20,393 bases of DNA from an uncultured Oligoflexus sp. (GTDB lineage Bacteria > Bdellovibrionota_B > Oligoflexia > Oligoflexales > Oligoflexaceae). The stretch covers positions 1 through 20,393 of the forward strand of contig CAXSGP010000086.1 of assembly GCA_964236955.1 (NCBI GenBank), read 5' to 3'. Of this stretch, positions 16,261 to 20,393 are shown in pieces. Below the pieces are notes generated by a model. That model saw only the letters and a list, made by a program, of their open reading frames with translations, was not told the origin of the DNA and ran no database searches. A program made the position numbers and the translations under genes. The number at the start of each line of letters is the position of its first letter. The stretch's first letter is position 1.

Positions 16261-16680
16261 ATGGATAAAGCATCGACAATTAAAGTCCAGCCCGGAAAAA
16301 TCGACAGGAGAATCGAAGACGCTGATACAACGCTCGAAGTGCGGTTTTCAAAACCCATCGATGAGTCCATGCTTGTTTTAATTGAGACGATTCAGGATAA
16401 AAAATACGATCTTGTCGAAGCGACTCGTGATGAATGCCTGGCGCGGGCCAGTCTTACATTAAATCGGGCGCAGGGCTGTCTCGCTAAAAAAGATGGCTTC
16501 GCTCTTGACGAGCTGGCTCAGCAACTTTCGCATTCCGCTTTGAAAATTGGCGCCCCCCAACTTTTAAGCTCGGCAATCGAAGTTCAGGGCATGGCTCGCA
16601 TCGGCGATTTTAAAGCGGCAGGAGAATTGCTTGGGCGTATGGAACTCGAGCTCTTTGAAGTGAAATCTCACTACCAGTAA
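16261..16680 (+). CDS. HPt-like helical protein lacking the canonical phospho-His
   Basis: LDELAQQLSHSALKIGAPQL...A.EVQ...R.GD...A..L...ME.EL..V follows the HPt pattern L...AHxLKGSA..IGA..L...C..LE. GGAG upstream of the ATG. Confidence 0.7.
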   Translation: MDKASTIKVQPGKIDRRIEDADTTLEVRFSKPIDESMLVLIETIQDKKYDLVEATRDECLARASLTLNRAQGCLAKKDGFALDELAQQLSHSALKIGAPQLLSSAIEVQGMARIGDFKAAGELLGRMELELFEVKSHYQ

Positions 16681-16749
16681 TTCTTGGTTTTCTCCGCTAC
16701 GTCCTAAGTCTAACGCGTTTGGACTTGGGATTTTTTTGGGTCGACGGCC

Positions 16750-18168
16750 TTACGATCCAAGTTTTACCTGCAGCGCCGTATCCACAAGTCCGCTTTCGAT
16801 AAAAAAGCTCCGGCAATAGTCGCGAAAAATCTGATGGCCGACCGCTCGCGTGAAGATTCCGCCTTGGCTGACAAACCTTCCCCAATCTTCGATCAAAACC
16901 CACTCGCTTGACCCGGATTCCTGATTTTTTTTATCCTGCATAACGCCTTCGGTTAGAAAATCGATGAGTTTGCCGTCGGGGATTTCGGAAAGTCCAAGAT
17001 GCTTTTGAAAATCTTTCGCAGCAAGCAAAAATCGCGAATGCTTCAATTGGCTTTGAAGGACGTTATGGGTTTCGGCTTTGAGATGTCCGAGCCTATGGCT
17101 TAAATACAAAGCAAAGAGCATTCCAATGCCAATCGCCTCACCATGGAGCAGGGGGTCTTTTGCGCTAAAAGTTTGAGACAGCTTTTCCAGGGCGTGAGCC
17201 AGGGTGTGGCCAAAGTTTAAAACAGCACGAAGTCCTGTTTCACTGGAATCCTCACTTATGATCTTGGCTTTGACCGCGACCAGGGTAGCAAGAATGGGCT
17301 CGATTGCAGCAATAGAGAGGGGAAGCTTTGCGATACGCATGGCGAGCTGAGGGTCACCCTTAATGACGGCGTGCTTATAACCCTCAGCTAAGCCAGCCTT
17401 GAATTCGCGCTCGGGAAGAGTCTTTAGCCAAATGGGAGCCAGGACGACCTCGGTGGGAAAAGCAAAGAGGCCTAACTGGTTTTTGCCAAAGCGTCCAAAA
17501 TTAACGCCGGTCTTACCGCCGACACAGGCATCGAGCATGGCGAGGAGCGTCGTCGGAACCAGGCGAAAGGGCCTTTTGATAAGGGCAGCAGCAAACGCAG
17601 CGGCATCGGCGAGGATGCCGCCACCTACTATCGTCAGGACTCCAGGATGTTGATCGAGCCAGACTTTGATTTGAGCGGCGCTTTCCAGAGATTTGGTGCT
17701 TTCATTAAGATCAAGAGCCATGTCTTGCGGCCGCAGACTAAGGCCCCAAAGCGCCGCCACATTCTTGTCGAACAGAGTCGGCCCCTGACCGGCGGCAAGT
17801 GCTGGGAGTTTATTGCCGTTGTGAAAACGTATGCAATAGGAGCCCGATTCCAACGTTTGGGTTTGCTGGGAATAAGGAACGCCACGGCGAAAGATTTGAG
17901 CTGCCTGAATCCACGGTTGCCGATCGGCAATCGCATCGAGTTGCCAGCCGGTATTTCGCCCGAGGTGCTTTTCAAAGCCTTGTTCAAGAGCGCAAAGGGT
18001 ACCGCTTGGCCACGCGAATAATTGTTCAATAGATTCGCTGGCATTGTATTCTGCAGCAAACTTAGCTAAGGGGGCAAACGCATGCCATTTTTTGGCGGCA
18101 AGGGCGGGCAGCTTCATGGACCAGGAAACCGTCAGAGTGAGTTCGGATAGTGATCCAATAGTATTCAC
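16750..18168 (-). CDS. aroB: 3-dehydroquinate synthase with ~100-aa N-terminal extension
   Basis: GGGILAD, VPTTLLAMLDACVGGKTGVN, GKNQLG.F..P, GLAEGYKH, LNFGHTLAHALE, LHGEAIGIGM, DKKN. GTG 18168 follows the SD GAGGTGA. Confidence 0.9.
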   Translation of the reverse strand: MNTIGSLSELTLTVSWSMKLPALAAKKWHAFAPLAKFAAEYNASESIEQLFAWPSGTLCALEQGFEKHLGRNTGWQLDAIADRQPWIQAAQIFRRGVPYSQQTQTLESGSYCIRFHNGNKLPALAAGQGPTLFDKNVAALWGLSLRPQDMALDLNESTKSLESAAQIKVWLDQHPGVLTIVGGGILADAAAFAAALIKRPFRLVPTTLLAMLDACVGGKTGVNFGRFGKNQLGLFAFPTEVVLAPIWLKTLPEREFKAGLAEGYKHAVIKGDPQLAMRIAKLPLSIAAIEPILATLVAVKAKIISEDSSETGLRAVLNFGHTLAHALEKLSQTFSAKDPLLHGEAIGIGMLFALYLSHRLGHLKAETHNVLQSQLKHSRFLLAAKDFQKHLGLSEIPDGKLIDFLTEGVMQDKKNQESGSSEWVLIEDWGRFVSQGGIFTRAVGHQIFRDYCRSFFIESGLVDTALQVKLGS

Positions 18169-18229
18169 GTCTTCACCTCTTTTTTTGAACAAGCTCTAGG
18201 ATCGAATAATTACCGGAACTCAGGTTTCA

Positions 18230-18256
18230 TTTCAAATGACCGAATCTTAAGAAAGG
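18230..18256 (+). promoter_or_regulatory. sigma28-like promoter upstream of the response regulator
   Basis: TCAG-N15-ACCGAATC. Confidence 0.3.
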
Positions 18257-18318
18257 TAGCTGCTCCGTGTGATGGGTCCGCTACCACGGAAAGAACCTAG
18301 GAAGGGATCTAAGGCCAC

Positions 18319-18831
18319 ATGACTCATCGAACCAAGAATAGGGCAGACCGCTCCATCCGGCGTCAGATCGAAGCTATGACGCGAAAAAGGCTTGCCAGCC
18401 AAGACATAGTCGATCTGAGTGATTTTCGCAGTCTCCGTAAGAACCAGTACCAGCCCAGTATACTAGTCGTCGATGATGAAGAGATCATGCGCAATGCCTT
18501 GAAAAGAATTCTCGAGGGAGAAGGCTACAAAGTTATTCTGGCAGAAGGTGCTATGGGTTTGACCAAAGTGCTGGACACGGCACATTTTGACCTCATTCTC
18601 CTTGATATCAATATGCCTTGGGTTGATGGTCTGGAACTTTGTTCTATGTTGAAGGGGCATCCATCGTTGAGCCATGTGCCATTGGTTTTGATCTCAGGCC
18701 GCAAAACTAAGGAAGATATCGAAAAAGGATTTGCAGCGGGCTGTAACGATTATATTGCTAAGCCATTTGAAGTAGAAAAGATCATAGAAATAGTGTCAAA
18801 ATCACTCATTCCGCAAGAACTCGCCAAATAA
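18319..18831 (+). CDS. single-receiver response regulator with basic N-terminal extension
   Basis: ILVVDDE, DLILLDINMP.VDG (phospho-Asp), LISG, AG.NDYIAKPF; no output domain. Confidence 0.93.
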   Translation: MTHRTKNRADRSIRRQIEAMTRKRLASQDIVDLSDFRSLRKNQYQPSILVVDDEEIMRNALKRILEGEGYKVILAEGAMGLTKVLDTAHFDLILLDINMPWVDGLELCSMLKGHPSLSHVPLVLISGRKTKEDIEKGFAAGCNDYIAKPFEVEKIIEIVSKSLIPQELAK

Positions 18832-18854
18832 AATAACGGTAAGTTGTTCTAGTC

Positions 18855-18883
18855 TTGACAGTTCTTTCGAACAACGCTAATCA
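18855..18883 (+). promoter_or_regulatory. putative sigma70 promoter of tRNA-Asn
   Basis: Perfect TTGACA (18855-18860)-N17-TAATCA, ending 15 nt before the tRNA. Confidence 0.5.
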
Positions 18884-18898
18884 TAAAGCCTCTCGAGT

Positions 18899-18974
<76 letters not shown>

Positions 18975-19014
18975 TCTTTCCCCCGTTTTCTTCATAGCTT
19001 AACAGCTTTTTCCC

Positions 19015-19473
19015 ATAGCCTAATGGAAAAGATTAAAATCTGGCGCTTTACGCGGCTGGAATTCTGACAAATCGTGTATTCCACGAGACACACTTCGACA
19101 TTTAGATTGTCGGTCTGACGATCAGGTTAGAGCCTATTTTCAAAATTTGAATGCTACTCCAAAAGTCCGGCAACTTAATCCAGACAGGCTTTCCGAAAAA
19201 ACTCGGGACCTGATTGAAAATTTTTGCAAATGGAAATTAGGCCGGGGTAAGCACTCCGCAACTGTCCAACAAGAACGTCATCATCTCCAATTAGCCGCAC
19301 TCTACTTTGATCCACAGGGGCCTATAGCCTTGTGGCCTGGAAGCTCTATGAAGCTTCGTACCCATCTCTTGGACAACGAACATTCCGAATCTCATATCCA
19401 TAAAATCCAAGGGATCGTCTCTCGGTTCTGGGAATATGCCCGAAAGCACCGACGATCTCTGCTCTCTCATTAA
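19015..19473 (+). pseudogene. truncated tyrosine-integrase N-terminal (SAM-like core-binding) fragment next to tRNA-Asn
   Basis: LIENFCKWKLGRGKHSATVQQERHHL...HLLDNEHSESHIHKIQGIVSRFWEY fits the integrase N-terminal helical pattern. The frame is open from 19024 without a good start and has no catalytic domain. Confidence 0.55.
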
Positions 19474-19714
19474 AAACCGCTTCGCTGAATTCAACCGACG
19501 TATCTCTCCGTCGCGGGGTCGGAGGTATCCAACCGACCTGCGTGAAAGAGTTCGGCAAGGGCACGCTTCGGGGCTTGCTCAAAACGAACTAAGTCGATTG
19601 ACAGGAATGTCCCATACGGCGATTCAATACACGTTATCTTTTCTGAGTAGGAAATCGACCGGGGTGATGGCCGCATTGTCCAAAACAGCTAGAGATCCAG
19701 TAGCATCAACTTAG
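19436..19714 (+). mobile_element. transposase-associated HTH fragment (IS66 TnpA / IS3 OrfA-like)
   Basis: RGRRYPTDLRERVRQGHASGLAQNELSRLTGMSHTAIQY resembles the HTH_Tnp_1 pattern RRY..E.K...V.....G.S...VAR..GIS..TL..W. No catalytic ORF or terminal IR seen. Confidence 0.5.
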
Positions 19715-19720
19715 TCCGAA

Positions 19721-20143
19721 TCAATCGCTTTTTTTTGACATCTTGAAATAGACAGCGGTGATAGGCGGCAGCGTCCGCACTTTTTTCATTTGAGTCGGTC
19801 GTGAATAGTAAGATCGATTGTTCTCGGAGAGGCCGGTAGCGAGGACGCTATCCATAAACTTCGAGTAGCCGCTCAGGCTTGCCTCCAAGACCGCGAGGGT
19901 TTGATTTGCGTCTCTCGCCGCAGCCGCAAGCGCAATCTGGGATTCCAGCGAGGCTTTTTCTAGCATTTTCGACAGCCTAGAGTAGTTGGACTCTACCGGC
20001 TGGGCCGAGAGCAACGAGGTTGAAGTGGGGATCGCCCATCTGAAGAGGAACCCCGCGCTCTTGCCGCAGGATATCAGGTTGTCCTGAGCCTACGCGGAGG
20101 CCGAGGATAGAAGAGTGACGACGGCAAATATTTTAAGCTTCAT
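19721..20143 (-). pseudogene. putative secreted hypothetical protein interrupted by an in-frame TAG
   Basis: ATG 20143 gives MKLKIFAVVTLLSSASA*AQDNLIS..., continuing in frame into ORF 19721..20014. TAG at 20092-20090. Confidence 0.55.
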
Positions 20144-20152
20144 GTCTTATTC

Positions 20153-20389
20153 TTATTTTACGAATTGGGTATCGAGCCACGCTTTTAAGGCGTCCGAATT
20201 TTCGCTTGGCGTCTTGACGTAATCGTTGATCTCGTTGAACATTGTCAAACCTGAGACATATGATAGTTTCGCATAGGGTACGCGTTGATCTTCTGGGAGA
20301 GTCAGAGCTTGAATGGCTTCGGCGTCTGGGTATGTTTCTTGGCTCTTCCGCAAAATATGTGGGTAGTGGAATCTATGTTTAGGGGGAAT
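20153..20389 (-). CDS. hypothetical protein fragment at the window edge
   Basis: Open frame ending 9 nt before the next ATG (20143). An in-frame TAA at 20392-20390 and no clear RBS suggest the 3' part of a disrupted gene. Confidence 0.3.
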   Translation of the reverse strand: MPPKHRFHYPHILRKSQETYPDAEAIQALTLPEDQRVPYAKLSYVSGLTMFNEINDYVKTPSENSDALKAWLDTQFVK

Positions 20390-20393
20390 TTAG

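Noticed and set aside
20081..20088. GTCCTGAG identical to part of the tRNA-Asn 3' end (possible attR)
   Set aside because: Only 8 nt, inside a coding remnant; compatible with chance.

Overview
Mostly core chromosome of a diderm bacterium. BamD, TonB and an MsbA-like exporter indicate an outer membrane; a Bdellovibrionota/deltaproteobacterial affinity is only my impression. Gene order: gpmI-mazG >, < rpsT, < [36-aa basic sORF]-rpmB-rpsR, priA >, clpP-tRNA-Leu(CAG) >, ABC exporter >, < etfA-etfB, < class V aminotransferase, < LysM lytic transglycosylase, < bamD, TonB-family >, HPt-like >, < aroB, response regulator >, tRNA-Asn(GTT) >. After tRNA-Asn comes about 1.4 kb of decayed accessory DNA: an integrase N-terminal remnant, a transposase-like HTH fragment and an amber-interrupted secreted-protein gene. 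The best candidate for something undescribed is the rpsR-rpmB-sORF operon. It has a structured ~120-nt leader, a Zn-motif-free S18 with a C-terminal tail that is detached from rpsF/rplI, and an unannotated 36-aa Lys/Arg-rich ORF resembling bS22/Thx-type ribosomal peptides. Other oddities: PriA has lost one of its two Zn sites, the HPt-like protein has Gln at the phospho-His position, and AroB carries a ~100-aa N-terminal extension that may be an old internal duplication. All family assignments come from motifs recognised by eye and reference sequences recalled from memory; no searches were run.
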